Shown: positions 1-10,318, counted from the first letter of the stretch. The stretch: 64,000 bases of DNA from Desulfomonilia bacterium (GCA_963664325.2 CAXXDQ010000003.1:96001-160000); one strand, 5' to 3'. Numbers and translations: made by a program. Notes: generated from the sequence alone by a model not told the origin.

Positions 1-2
1 AC

Positions 3-614
3 TATTCACTCAACGTCGTCCTTGATGCAGGCAAAAGGCTTGTCGCCGCATTTGCAGGCGGACTTGAAATGGCTCACGAAAAGGCCTGCTCCTTTGTCCG
101 CGGGCATGCCTGCCCGACAGTAAAATATGAAGCCGACGCCGTTATAACAGGATGCGGCGGCTATCCGCTCGATGCGACATTCTATCAGTGCGTCAAAGGA
201 ATAGTCGGCGCAATACCCGCCGTAAAACCGGGCGGAAAAATAATTGCCGCTGGCTGTTGCCGGGAGCATATGGGCTCAAAGGAATACCGCGACATCATGT
301 TCGCCCACTCGCATGACTGTGACGGCTTTATTGAGCATATAAGAAAATCATGCAGGGTGGAGAAGGACCAGTGGGAACTGCAGATGCAGATCAGGGCCAT
401 AGAAAAAGTCGGAACCGGCGGGCTGGTTTTTTTAAGCACCGGGCTCGACGGGGAAGAGGTTAAACATATATCGGCCGGGTCTGTTAATGCTGATCTAGAC
501 TCGATCAATAATTCGCTCAAAGAGATCGTCAATAAGCTGGTAAATGACGGTAAAAGCATTGCCGTGATCCCGGAAGGCCCTTACTGCACGCCTTTGTCAA
601 GGAGCTTCATATGA
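3..614 (+). CDS. Nickel-dependent lactate racemase (LarA/DUF2088) family protein, 5'-truncated by window edge
   Basis: Frame is open from position 3 (YSLNVVLD...FAGGLEMAH); motifs GGYPLD-xxYQxxKG and C-terminal IPEGPY are typical of the LarA family. Confidence 0.8.
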   Translation, partial: YSLNVVLDAGKRLVAAFAGGLEMAHEKACSFVRGHACPTVKYEADAVITGCGGYPLDATFYQCVKGIVGAIPAVKPGGKIIAAGCCREHMGSKEYRDIMFAHSHDCDGFIEHIRKSCRVEKDQWELQMQIRAIEKVGTGGLVFLSTGLDGEEVKHISAGSVNADLDSINNSLKEIVNKLVNDGKSIAVIPEGPYCTPLSRSFI

Positions 615-1003
615 GCATAGTTTACGAATCTGTCGGCATTGTCCATTCCCCGATTAAGAAAGCCGGGGACGCACCGAGGTTTTTCACGGTATCCGATAAA
701 AAAGGGACAATCGAGATTTACCCGCAATATGCAGAAGGCCTCAAATATCTGGATCGGGAGGAAAGCATAGTCGTAATATTCCACTTTCATCTCTCGGAAG
801 GCTATGAACTTATGCAGAAAAAATGCACCACAGGGGAACTCAAAGGCGTGTTTACCCTGTGCTCGCCGAGAAGGCCCAACCCGATAGGCATGTCCGTTCT
901 CAGGCTTGAAAAGGTCGAAGGCAATATCCTTTTTGTTGCGAACCTCGATATGGTCGACGAAACGCCTGTACTCGACATAAAACCCTTCAGACATTTCAGG
1001 TGA
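611..1003 (+). CDS. tsaA: TsaA/TrmO-like (YaeB N-terminal) SAM-binding tRNA methyltransferase domain protein
   Basis: GVF-xx-SPxRPNPIG and LDMVDETPVLDIKP motifs; ATGA overlap with upstream gene. Confidence 0.85.
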   Translation: MSIVYESVGIVHSPIKKAGDAPRFFTVSDKKGTIEIYPQYAEGLKYLDREESIVVIFHFHLSEGYELMQKKCTTGELKGVFTLCSPRRPNPIGMSVLRLEKVEGNILFVANLDMVDETPVLDIKPFRHFR

Positions 1004-1113
1004 CAGGGAAACCCGTAAATTAACAGTATAACCAACAGCTGATTGAAAAAATCAGGTTTTTGTGGTTTTATTGCCTGTCGCAAGAAATCAAAATTAACGG
1101 GAGAATAAAATCC

Positions 1114-1986
1114 ATGCAATACGACATGCCCCTGTACAGACCGCCGTCCGAGTCCCGGTCGCTGATATTCCAGGTTACGCTCGGCTGTTCGTGGAACAGA
1201 TGCCTTTTCTGCGGCATGTACAAGTCCAAGCGCTATCAGGTAAGGCCGTGGACAGACCTTGAAAAAGACATTATCGAGATGTCCCGGAAACAGCCCGACA
1301 CAAAGAGGATATTCCTGGCTGACGGCGATGTCATAGGGGTTGATGCCGGATATCTCATGAAAGTTCTGAGGTTCTTGAATGACAGATTTCCCCGCCTTGA
1401 AAAGGTCAATGTCTATGCCGGGCCTACAAACCTCATGGAAAAGACCGAAGAGGAACTCAGGGCCTTCAGGGAACTCAAACTCAGCACGCTTTACCTGGGC
1501 ATAGAAACCGGAAATGACGAACTGCTTAAAAGGATAAAGAAGGGCGCCACAGCAGCTGAGATAATTGAAGGCTGCACTAAGGCGCTGAGGGCGGGTCTGA
1601 GAATGTCCACGATAATACTGCTGGGCCTGGGCGGCGTGGAGGGCAGCTTTGTCCATGCCAAGGATTCCGCCAGGGTGGTAAATGCAATCGATCCGCAGTT
1701 TGTCGCATGCCTTACGCTCATGCTCGGGCCTTATAAAGAACTTTACGAAAAAAAGCTCATGGGCGGGGGTTTTGAACTGCCGGACAAACATGGAACCCTT
1801 CAGGAACTGAGATGGTTTGTCGAAGACCTGAACCTCACCAGCTGCCGTTTCGGCACGGAGCATGCCTCGAACTACCTGCCGATAAGCGGCGATATCCCGG
1901 CTGACAAGGAAAAGATTTTAAGGCTTATAGACAGGGCGCTCACTGATGAGAAGATGCTCAGGCCCGAATGGGCCAGAGGCCTGTAG
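1114..1986 (+). CDS. Radical SAM protein of unknown function
   Basis: YRPPSE N-terminus, CSWNRCLFC (CxxxCxxC), FLADGD, GIETG, HASNYL; start set at ATG 1114 after GGAG. Confidence 0.85.
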   Translation: MQYDMPLYRPPSESRSLIFQVTLGCSWNRCLFCGMYKSKRYQVRPWTDLEKDIIEMSRKQPDTKRIFLADGDVIGVDAGYLMKVLRFLNDRFPRLEKVNVYAGPTNLMEKTEEELRAFRELKLSTLYLGIETGNDELLKRIKKGATAAEIIEGCTKALRAGLRMSTIILLGLGGVEGSFVHAKDSARVVNAIDPQFVACLTLMLGPYKELYEKKLMGGGFELPDKHGTLQELRWFVEDLNLTSCRFGTEHASNYLPISGDIPADKEKILRLIDRALTDEKMLRPEWARGL

Positions 1987-1987
1987 A

Positions 1988-2015
1988 TTGACAAGCAAAG
2001 CTCAGGTGATATACA
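1988..2015 (+). promoter_or_regulatory. Putative sigma70 promoter of hisS-aspS
   Basis: TTGACA (1988-1993), 16-nt spacer, TG-n-TATACA (2010-2015). Confidence 0.45.
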
Positions 2016-2037
2016 CCTTATTTCCGGAGGGAACAAA

Positions 2038-3279
2038 TTGATTACAGCTGTCAAGGGCATGAATGACATCCTGCCAGGAGAGATTGCAAAATGGCGGTTT
2101 GTCGAAGAAACGGCAAGGAAGGTTTTCAGCCTGTACGGTTTTTCCGAGCTGAGGACGCCCGTTGTCGAGAAAACCGAACTCTTTTCCCGTGGCATGGGCC
2201 AGGATACCGATGTCGTGGAAAAGCAGATGTATACATTCACAGACAAGGGAGATTCATCGCTCACGCTGAGACCAGAAGCCACGGCATCGGTCATGAGGGC
2301 CGTCATCGAGCACGGGCTTTTGGGCCAGGAGCCGGTGCAGAAGCTTTTCACAATCGGTCCGATGTTCCGTTATGAGAGGCCGCAGAAAGGACGCTACCGC
2401 CAGTTTCACCAGATCAATTGCGAGAGGCTGGGCGAGGCGGGACCTCTATCCGATGCAGAGACGCTTGCCCTGGCCTATGAGATTGCAGTGGCGCTGGGGC
2501 TCTCTGGTGTTGTGCTTGAAGTAAACTCGCTTGGCTGCCCGGCATGCAGGCCTGCGTTCAAGAAGGCGCTTCAGGACTTCCTTGAGGCGAAAAAAGAAGG
2601 CCTCTGCCCGGACTGCCTGAGAAGGATGTACACAAATCCCTTGAGGGTGCTCGACTGCAAGGTGGAAACCTGCAAAACCGCGGTGGAAGGGGCGCCGGAA
2701 AATTCCGGATACCTGTGCGATGAATGCAGGACGCATTATGATACGGTGCTGGCGGGACTTGACGCCCTTTATATCCCTTATGAAAAGAATCCCAGGCTGG
2801 TAAGGGGCCTTGATTATTATATCCGCACCGCCTTTGAAATGACCGCAAAAGGTCTTGGTTCGCAGAATGCAGTGGGAGGCGGAGGCAGGTATGACGGGCT
2901 TGTTGCAGCGCTTGGAGGTAACGACGTGCCAGGAGTAGGCTTCGCCTTCGGCATGGAACGCCTGTTGATGCTGATCCCTGATATGGCCGAAGAAAAAAAG
3001 GGCTGCTTTATTGCGGCTCTTGGCGAGAATACGAAAAAAGAGGCTTTAAAGCTGGCTGCACAGCTAAGACGAAAGGGAATAAGAACGGAACTGGCGCCCG
3101 AGAAAAGCTTCAAGGTCCAGATGAAGCAGGCCGGTAAATCAGGTTATCCTGTATGCCTCATAATAGGCGATGATGAAATGGCCGCCGGAACAGTGGCCGT
3201 CAAAGATATGAAAACGGGCGTCCAGGATCAGGTGAAACAGGAAGATCTGTTAAAAAGGCTGGCGGATATTGTCAGATAA
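2038..3279 (+). CDS. hisS: Histidine--tRNA ligase
   Basis: LRPEATA, FRYERPQKGRYRQFHQ, LVRGLDYY, GGGRYDGL; TTG start after GGAGG. Confidence 0.98.
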   Translation: MITAVKGMNDILPGEIAKWRFVEETARKVFSLYGFSELRTPVVEKTELFSRGMGQDTDVVEKQMYTFTDKGDSSLTLRPEATASVMRAVIEHGLLGQEPVQKLFTIGPMFRYERPQKGRYRQFHQINCERLGEAGPLSDAETLALAYEIAVALGLSGVVLEVNSLGCPACRPAFKKALQDFLEAKKEGLCPDCLRRMYTNPLRVLDCKVETCKTAVEGAPENSGYLCDECRTHYDTVLAGLDALYIPYEKNPRLVRGLDYYIRTAFEMTAKGLGSQNAVGGGGRYDGLVAALGGNDVPGVGFAFGMERLLMLIPDMAEEKKGCFIAALGENTKKEALKLAAQLRRKGIRTELAPEKSFKVQMKQAGKSGYPVCLIIGDDEMAAGTVAVKDMKTGVQDQVKQEDLLKRLADIVR

Positions 3280-3406
3280 CTGGTTTTAAAAGCAAGAGGC
3301 GGGTAATGAAAAACACTGAAACTGGTGCGATATTGAATGTAAATTTGATTTTGCTTTCTTACTCACCACTCATTACTCGCCACTATATTTATTAAAGGAG
3401 AATAGC

Positions 3407-5194
3407 GTGAGCTCACAAATAGCCGGATTTAAGAGGACCCATTACTGCGGCAATGTCGGCCTCCCTGATTGCGGGAAGATGATAACCCTCATGGGCTGGG
3501 TGCAGAAAAGACGCGACCTGGGCGGGCTTGTCTTCGTAGACCTCAGGGACAGGAGCGGCATATGCCAGGTGGTATTCAATCCGGAGACCGAACCCGAGGC
3601 CCATTCAACCGGCGGAACACTGAAGATGGAATACTGCATTGCAGTGGAAGGTGAGCTCAATCCCAGGCCGAAGGAAATGCAGAACCCGAATATGACGACA
3701 GGCCAGGTGGAACTGGCAGCAAAAAGAATCGTAATTCTTAACGAGGCAAAGACAACCCCTTTTGTGATCGAGGACGCAACGGACGCAACCGAACTTCTCA
3801 GGCTCAAGTACCGTTATCTTGACCTTAGGAGGCCGGCACTTCAGAGGAATCTCATACTCAGGCACAAGGCCGCCTTCATTACGAGGCGTTTCCTCGATTC
3901 AAAGGGATTTGTTGAAGTCGAAACGCCGGTTCTGACAAAGAGCACGCCTGAAGGTGCGCGCGACTACCTTGTTCCCAGCAGGGTGTTCCCGGGGAAATTC
4001 TATGCCCTTCCGCAGTCGCCGCAGCTTTTCAAGCAGCTTCTTATGATATCGGGCTTTGACCGCTATTTCCAGATTGTAAAATGCTTCCGTGACGAGGACC
4101 TCAGGGCGGACCGCCAGCCCGAGTTCACGCAGATAGACATGGAATTCTCTTTCATGACCAGGGATGACATCCTTGAACTTTGCGAGGGGCTTATCCGCAC
4201 CATGTTCAAAGAAACGATAGGCGTTGATCTGCCTGTGCCTTTGCCAAGGATGAGCTATGACGAGGCAATGGACTTATACGGGGTGGACCGGCCGGATACG
4301 CGTTTCGAAATGCTGCTCAAGGATGTCTCTGACATCTTGAAGGACAGTACGTTCAAGGTATTCACCTCTACGGTCGAGTCGGGCGGTGTCATAAAGGGTT
4401 TCGTAATCAAGGGCGGCTCCATAATGTCCCGCAAGGAGCTTGACGACCTCGGCGGATTTGTGGCGGATTTCGGCGCCAAGGGTCTGCTCTGGGCCAAGCT
4501 CGGCGATGATGGCTGGCAGTCAAGCATTGCGAAGTATTTAAGCGATGACCAGAAAAAGGCGGTGGAGGTCAGGCTTGGGATGGAAAAGGGAGATGCGGCC
4601 GTCTTCATTGCGGGGCATTCTTCAATGGTTAACGCAAGCCTGGGTGCGCTGAGGCTCCATGTCGGCGCAAAACTCGGCCTTATACCGGAAGGCAAGTTCA
4701 GCGCATTATGGGTTGTCGACTTCCCCCTGTTTGAATACAACGAAGAGGAAAAAAGACTGGTCGCCGTGCATCACATGTTTACTGCACCAAACGAAGCCGA
4801 CCTTGGACTGATCGACACAGATCCTCTCAAAGTCCGCGCGCAGGCGTATGACATGGTCATAAACGGGAGCGAGGTCGGCGGCGGCAGTGTCCGGATCCAC
4901 AGGCGGGATATCCAGCAGAAGGTGTTCAACTCAATCGGCTTTACTGAAGAAGAGGCAAAAACAAAATTCGGGTTCCTGCTTGATGCGCTGGAATTCGGCG
5001 CACCTCCTCACGGCGGTATAGCGTTCGGCCTGGACCGGCTGGTCATGCTCCTTGCTGGGGCTTCATCGTTAAGGGATGTAATAGCCTTCCCCAAGACGCA
5101 GAAGGCCTATTGCCAGATGACGGATGCCCCCTCTGAGGTAAATACCGCTCAGCTTGCAGAGCTGGGAATCAAATTGCTGGATGTCGAGTTATGA
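3407..5194 (+). CDS. aspS: Aspartate--tRNA ligase
   Basis: [50 protein letters not shown]; GTG start after AAGGAG. Confidence 0.98.
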   Translation: MSSQIAGFKRTHYCGNVGLPDCGKMITLMGWVQKRRDLGGLVFVDLRDRSGICQVVFNPETEPEAHSTGGTLKMEYCIAVEGELNPRPKEMQNPNMTTGQVELAAKRIVILNEAKTTPFVIEDATDATELLRLKYRYLDLRRPALQRNLILRHKAAFITRRFLDSKGFVEVETPVLTKSTPEGARDYLVPSRVFPGKFYALPQSPQLFKQLLMISGFDRYFQIVKCFRDEDLRADRQPEFTQIDMEFSFMTRDDILELCEGLIRTMFKETIGVDLPVPLPRMSYDEAMDLYGVDRPDTRFEMLLKDVSDILKDSTFKVFTSTVESGGVIKGFVIKGGSIMSRKELDDLGGFVADFGAKGLLWAKLGDDGWQSSIAKYLSDDQKKAVEVRLGMEKGDAAVFIAGHSSMVNASLGALRLHVGAKLGLIPEGKFSALWVVDFPLFEYNEEEKRLVAVHHMFTAPNEADLGLIDTDPLKVRAQAYDMVINGSEVGGGSVRIHRRDIQQKVFNSIGFTEEEAKTKFGFLLDALEFGAPPHGGIAFGLDRLVMLLAGASSLRDVIAFPKTQKAYCQMTDAPSEVNTAQLAELGIKLLDVEL

Positions 5195-6000
5195 GGTATC
5201 TATTTGCTATTCTGCTGGTCATAACGCTGGCGACAGGTTGCGCCACTGCATCCAAGGATAATAAGGCTGCAAGCCAGGTTCCCGGGCCTGCATCGGATGA
5301 GGAAAAGATCACAGCAAGCCTTGAATGCCTCAAGATTGCAACAGAAGCCAGAAAAACTGGCAATGCCAGCGAGGAAAAAACGGCGCTTGACCTTGCGCTC
5401 AAGTATCTCAGGGAAATTGACAATGAAAACCGTATAGTGCTGTCCGATTCGGCAGAGGCGTTGCGCAGCATTATTGCCATGTCAGGCTTTGAATATGCCC
5501 CGAAGGAATCGAATGAGCTGCTCGTAAACTATTTGGAATTGCAGAATGCCTGTGCCGAGCATGATGACACCAGGGTTAAGGCACTCAAGCAGTCTTTTGA
5601 CGCAACATTTGAAAAGGCAAGAGAAGCCACAGCAGAGGCAAAAGAGAAAAAAATTGAAGCCCTCGGGAAAGAGATGGCCGTAAAAAAAGAAGATGCGAGA
5701 AAACAGGGGGAGCAGGATTCTTCATCCGGTTACCCGTCGATATATACTGTTAAGAAAGGAGACACTCTGCCTAACATTGCTGCAAGGCATGACATATACA
5801 ACGACTCTTTTATGTGGCCTTTGATATACAAGGCCAACAGGGATCAGATTAAAGACCCGAAGGTTCTCTATGGAGGGCAGGAACTCAAGATACCAAGGGA
5901 TGTAAGTCTCGACGATATAATACAGGCACGCAGGGAAGCAGGTGCGTCCGAACCTGAAAAAATACCAAAGGATGCGTTGATTCCAAGGAGGACAAAGTAA
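5191..6000 (+). CDS. Lipoprotein with C-terminal LysM peptidoglycan-binding domain
   Basis: Lipobox LATGC, coiled region, YTVKKGDTL...[15 protein letters not shown]...GQELKIP. Confidence 0.85.
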   Translation: MRYLFAILLVITLATGCATASKDNKAASQVPGPASDEEKITASLECLKIATEARKTGNASEEKTALDLALKYLREIDNENRIVLSDSAEALRSIIAMSGFEYAPKESNELLVNYLELQNACAEHDDTRVKALKQSFDATFEKAREATAEAKEKKIEALGKEMAVKKEDARKQGEQDSSSGYPSIYTVKKGDTLPNIAARHDIYNDSFMWPLIYKANRDQIKDPKVLYGGQELKIPRDVSLDDIIQARREAGASEPEKIPKDALIPRRTK

Positions 6001-6001
6001 G

Positions 6002-7912
6002 ATGGCGAGATGGGACGAAAGATTACGGATTTTCTATTATACTCCGGGCAAAAACTTTCCATCAGGCGTAGAGGACAGGAAAGAAGGCAACTATTACCGT
6101 GCAATCTTCAATTACGAGGAAGTCCCCAAGATTGATTTTGATATGAGGATCATCCCGATTCAGCCGGCTGATGATATATTCATTACCGATACGACGTTCA
6201 GGGATGGCCAGCAGTCGATGTCTCCGTTTTCGGTAAAACAGATAGAGACCATATTCGACTATCTCAACAAGATCAGCGGCGATAAGGGCCTTATCAGGAT
6301 GAGCGAGTTCTTCCTTTATACGAAGAAGGATAAGGCTGCAGTGACGGCCTGCAGAGAGAAAGGCTACAAATTCCCGAAAATAACGTCGTGGATACGTGCT
6401 CACAAGGAGGACCTGAAGCTGGTCAAGGAAATGGAGATGGATGAAACCGGCATCCTGACCTCCGTATCGGATTATCACATATACCTGAAAATGGGGCTCG
6501 ACCGGAAGAAGGCGCTTAACGAGTATCTGGGCGTGGTGAAGGAAGCTCTGGCCCACGGTATAATTCCAAGATGTCATTTTGAGGATGTAACAAGGGCCGA
6601 TATATTCGGATTCTGTGTGCCGCTTGCCAGGGAGCTTATGAAACTCAGCGAAGAGTCCGGGATAGACGTCAAGATAAGGCTTTGCGACACGATGGGCTAT
6701 GGCGTAAGTTTCCCCGGGGCTGCCCTCCCGAGGTCGGTTGATAAAATGGTAAGGGCCTTCATCGATGATGCGGGGGTGCCCGGAAGGCTTCTCGAATGGC
6801 ATGGTCATAACGACTTCCATAAAGGACTTGTAAACGCCACTACGGCATGGCTTTACGGCTGCCAAGGGGTCAACTGCGCCATACTCGGCTTCGGTGAAAG
6901 GACCGGCAATACTCCCCTTGAAGCGATGGTGTTCGAATACCTGCAACTAAGGGGCATGGACAAGTCAGTCAGCACCGTCGCCATTTCAGAACTGGCTAAT
7001 TACGTGAACTCTGAAATGAACTATAACATACCGCCCAATTATCCCTATGTGGGAGAGAATTTTAATGTGACCAGGGCCGGCATACATGCAGACGGTCTGG
7101 TTAAGAACGAAGAGATTTACAATATATTCGATACATCAAAAATACTTGGGAGGCCTATTGCCATTGCCATTACGGACAAGTCAGGCAAGGCGAGCCTGGT
7201 CCATTGGATAAACAACCACTACAAGCTTGACAGGGAAAACCTCATAGACAAGCGCCATCCCGGCATTACAAAGATGTACCAGCAGGTTATCAAGGAATAT
7301 GAAGACGGACGCATGACTACAATGAGCGACGAGGAACTGGAAAAGCTCACCATGCGCTTCATACCCCAGCTCTTCCTGTCAGGCTTTGACCTTATCAAGG
7401 CGGAGGTCTCCGAATACGCCAGCAAACTCATCGAGAAGCTGCTTGAAAATAGAAACATGATGAGCATGAAGCGCGACAAGATGGAGGAAGCGCTTACCGA
7501 GTTTATCGAGGAATATCCATTCATCCAGTTTGCCTATGTGACGGATATGAAGGGCATAAAAGTAACCCGCAACATAACGCAGCCGGAATACAGGGGGCAC
7601 TTCCTTCATAAGATTAAAGAACATGAGGACTGCTCCGACCGCGAGTGGTTCCGCAATACGGTCGAGGATGGAAAGCTCCATGTAAGCGGCATCATGTCAT
7701 CGAGAATAACAGGGGCACTCATCATGACCGTCTCTGCACCCATTACCGATGACAACGATGACATGCTCGGTGTCCTTGGTCTGGATATTCGCTTTGAAGA
7801 TGTGGTCAAGGTGATACAGAGCGTCTATGAATCGCAGGGAATGGCGATGAGCCCGAGAGATATTCATAAGTACCATGCCCTTATGTGGGAGGAGATGAAT
7901 AAGCAGAGTTAA
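6002..7912 (+). CDS. Re-citrate synthase-like DRE-TIM metallolyase with C-terminal Cache/PDC-like domain
   Basis: DTTFRDGQQ, HFEDVTRAD, HGHNDF, GERTGN, AGIHADG; tail SDREWF...SRITGALIMTVSAPI...GVLGLDI is Cache-like; directly upstream of icd. Confidence 0.75.
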   Translation: MARWDERLRIFYYTPGKNFPSGVEDRKEGNYYRAIFNYEEVPKIDFDMRIIPIQPADDIFITDTTFRDGQQSMSPFSVKQIETIFDYLNKISGDKGLIRMSEFFLYTKKDKAAVTACREKGYKFPKITSWIRAHKEDLKLVKEMEMDETGILTSVSDYHIYLKMGLDRKKALNEYLGVVKEALAHGIIPRCHFEDVTRADIFGFCVPLARELMKLSEESGIDVKIRLCDTMGYGVSFPGAALPRSVDKMVRAFIDDAGVPGRLLEWHGHNDFHKGLVNATTAWLYGCQGVNCAILGFGERTGNTPLEAMVFEYLQLRGMDKSVSTVAISELANYVNSEMNYNIPPNYPYVGENFNVTRAGIHADGLVKNEEIYNIFDTSKILGRPIAIAITDKSGKASLVHWINNHYKLDRENLIDKRHPGITKMYQQVIKEYEDGRMTTMSDEELEKLTMRFIPQLFLSGFDLIKAEVSEYASKLIEKLLENRNMMSMKRDKMEEALTEFIEEYPFIQFAYVTDMKGIKVTRNITQPEYRGHFLHKIKEHEDCSDREWFRNTVEDGKLHVSGIMSSRITGALIMTVSAPITDDNDDMLGVLGLDIRFEDVVKVIQSVYESQGMAMSPRDIHKYHALMWEEMNKQS

Positions 7913-8017
7913 AAAACAGTGGTGGGTTGTGAGTGGTGAGTTAATAAAAAGTTCCATTCATTTTACTCATTAATGGTGTTTCAAAACTCACAACGACAAT
8001 TTGAGGGAGAATAATAA

Positions 8018-9223
8018 ATGAGCGGAACGAAGATCACCTTTGATAATGGAAAACTGAATGTACCGGATAACCCGATAATATGTTTCATAGAAGGCGACGG
8101 TACAGGCCCGGACATATGGAAGGCGTCACAGGCGGTTATGGACGCTGCCGTAACAAAGGCCTACGGCGGTAAGAAAAAGATAGCATGGCGCGAGGTCCTG
8201 GCCGGTGAAAAGGCGTTCAATAAAACCGGCAAGTGGCTGCCGGATGAGACGCTCAAAGACCTTGAGGAATATCTGGTAGGCATTAAAGGCCCTCTTACAA
8301 CCCCGGTCGGCGGCGGCATCAGAAGCCTGAATGTCACGCTCAGGCAGGTGCTTGACCTCTTTGCATGCGTGCGCCCGGTGAAATATTATGAGGGAACGCC
8401 TTCTCCTGTGAAATGCCCTGAGCTTGTTGACATAACGGTATTCAGGGAGAACACGGAGGATGTCTATGCCGGATTCGAATGGCAGCAGGGTACCGAGAAG
8501 GTTTCAAAACTTATCGATTTTTTAAATAATGAAATGGGGACAAAAATCAGGCCCGATTCGGGTATAGGCATAAAACCCATTTCAATAACCGGCACCAAGC
8601 GTCTTGTCCGAATGGCGATGGAGTTTGCAGCCAGGATGAAAAAGCCGGTCGTAACTCTGGTCCACAAGGGAAATATCATGAAATACACCGAAGGTTCCTT
8701 CAGGGACTGGGGCTACCAGCTTGTCAGGGAGGAGTTTTCGGATATTGCCGTGATTGAAGATGAATTGAAAGGCGCAAAGGCGCCCGCCGGGAAAATCCTG
8801 GTCAATGACAGGATAGCGGATTCCATGTTTCAGCAGGTTCTTTTGAGGCCCTCCGAATACAGCGTTCTGGCGGTGCCGAACCTGATCGGCGATTTTATAT
8901 CCGATGCGCTGGCGGCACAGGTCGGCGGGCTCGGCATGGCGCCGGGAGCAAATATAGGCATCCCGGTTGCAGTGTTTGAAGCCACACACGGCACGGCCCC
9001 GAAATATGCCGGCCAGGACAAGGTAAATCCCGGTTCTCTCATGCTCTCGGGCGCCATGATGCTCGATCATATCGGCTGGGCCGGAGCTGCTGAACTGGTC
9101 AGAAAAGGCATTGCGAATGCAATCTCTGATAAAACAGTCACCTATGATCTTGAACGGCAGATGACCGGCGCAACGCTTGTAAGCTGCTCGGGCTTCGCTA
9201 AAGCGATAATCGAAAGAATGTAA
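8018..9223 (+). CDS. icd: NADP-dependent isocitrate dehydrogenase
   Basis: [52 protein letters not shown]. Confidence 0.96.
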   Translation: MSGTKITFDNGKLNVPDNPIICFIEGDGTGPDIWKASQAVMDAAVTKAYGGKKKIAWREVLAGEKAFNKTGKWLPDETLKDLEEYLVGIKGPLTTPVGGGIRSLNVTLRQVLDLFACVRPVKYYEGTPSPVKCPELVDITVFRENTEDVYAGFEWQQGTEKVSKLIDFLNNEMGTKIRPDSGIGIKPISITGTKRLVRMAMEFAARMKKPVVTLVHKGNIMKYTEGSFRDWGYQLVREEFSDIAVIEDELKGAKAPAGKILVNDRIADSMFQQVLLRPSEYSVLAVPNLIGDFISDALAAQVGGLGMAPGANIGIPVAVFEATHGTAPKYAGQDKVNPGSLMLSGAMMLDHIGWAGAAELVRKGIANAISDKTVTYDLERQMTGATLVSCSGFAKAIIERM

Positions 9224-9420
9224 TACCGGGCTTCATAACTTCATATACGATTGATCCGGGTCATTTATGACCCTCGCCCTGCGGGAGCATCTTCGGTGCG
9301 GCAATTATTATTAAGCAAAAATTTGCCGCTTCCTTGTCCCGTCCAAGCAGCGTACGTTTATGTACGCCCGGTTCCTCGGTTTCCTCGCTTCTAGGTCCGT
9401 TTTGTCATGACGCTCAACAG
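9223..9420. repeat. ~200-bp structured repeat element, degenerate copy A (MITE-like)
   Basis: Colinear similarity to 49570-49762 (CCCTGCGGG, CTTCGGT, CAAAA-TTTG, GTACG-n-TGTACGC, TTCCTCG blocks); degenerate terminal inverted repeats. Confidence 0.65.
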
Positions 9421-9493
9421 TCTAACAGGATATTTTGTTATGATAGCCAGAGAATAGATGAACAGGTCTATTCAGCCCGTTCTTCAATTATAT

Positions 9494-9706
9494 TCAGGAG
9501 TTCTTTTTCCCCAGCAGATAACCGAAACCAAGGCCTATTAAAAATGTCCCGGAAACTATTATCCATTTGGGGCCTGAAAATAGTGTCCAGATAAGAAACT
9601 GGAAGGAAGTCTGCTCAAAGTTCTGGAGTATGAAAATGATTCCGAAAAGGACTAAAAGGCCGATCACTATCCACTTCGAATTTGACTTTATCCCGCCAAT
9701 ATCCAT
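9494..9706 (-). CDS. Small two-TM membrane protein, LapA/DUF1049 family
   Basis: IFILQN...FLIW...two hydrophobic helices, G-rich second helix. Confidence 0.7.
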   Translation of the reverse strand: MDIGGIKSNSKWIVIGLLVLFGIIFILQNFEQTSFQFLIWTLFSGPKWIIVSGTFLIGLGFGYLLGKKNS

Positions 9707-9791
9707 CTTCAAAGACTCCGTTTTAAATAGATGAAAGAATATTGCATGTGCGGGCTTGAAGTGTCAACAGACTTTAGACCTAAAAAATAGA

Positions 9792-9817
9792 AATCCCGCC
9801 ATAATGCTGGCGGGATT
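9792..9817 (-). terminator. Intrinsic terminator downstream of rpsT
   Basis: AATCCCGCCA-taatgc-TGGCGGGATT perfect 10-bp stem with T-rich tail on the minus strand. Confidence 0.8.
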
Positions 9818-9836
9818 GTTTGGTTGAACGGATATT

Positions 9837-10109
9837 TTATGCCTGCGCCGATGCTTCGCTGAATTTCTTTGTAAGCCTTGATATCTTGCGTGATACGGTG
9901 TTCCGATTAAGGACGCCCTTGTTCACGGCGCTGTCAAGTTTGGCTATTGCTGTTTTGAATGTGGCCTTTGCCTCATCTGTGTTTTTTTCTTCAAGCAGGG
10001 TGAATGCCTTTTTAATAATTGTGTTGATTTCAGATCTGGAGCTCTTGTTTCTTATGCGCCTTTTTTCGCTCTGCTTTACCCTTTTAAGTGCAGACGGATT
10101 GTTTGCCAT
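9837..10109 (-). CDS. rpsT: 30S ribosomal protein S20
   Basis: MAN-xxSAxKR-xQSEKRRxRN...KGVLxRNTxSRKISRL; AGGAGG RBS. Confidence 0.97.
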   Translation of the reverse strand: MANNPSALKRVKQSEKRRIRNKSSRSEINTIIKKAFTLLEEKNTDEAKATFKTAIAKLDSAVNKGVLNRNTVSRKISRLTKKFSEASAQA

Positions 10110-10211
10110 AACTTATATTTCCTCCTAAGTATTCTCGCTGTGAGCTAAAACCTAATATATAGGGCTTAATTATAAGTCAAGGTTTTTTATAGCGATGACC
10201 TTAAAATGGGC

Positions 10212-10285
10212 AAAAAAAATGCAGGTCTTTGGCGACCTGCAACATATGAGGAGGTTCTACGGGGAATGAACCTTGAAGAACCTAA
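10212..10285 (-). ncRNA. Candidate sigma28-dependent small RNA
   Basis: Lies between a sigma28-like promoter and a perfect terminator (TGCAGGTC-gccaaa-GACCTGCA-T8); 5' hairpin AGGTTCT...AGAACCT; no ORF with start and RBS inside. Confidence 0.6.
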
Positions 10286-10291
10286 TATTAC

Positions 10292-10318
10292 CTATCGGCA
10301 CGACTTTTAAAATACTTA
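10292..10318 (-). promoter_or_regulatory. Sigma28 (FliA)-type promoter
   Basis: Minus strand TAAG-N15-GCCGATAG versus consensus TAAA-N15-GCCGATAA; A-tract (UP-like) region upstream. Confidence 0.65.

Noticed and set aside
802-1863. 353-aa minus-strand ORF, and similar long antisense ORFs (6062-6946, 17840-18613, 21662-22795, 27996-28697)
   Set aside because: Shadow ORFs opposite well-supported genes; no recognisable motifs
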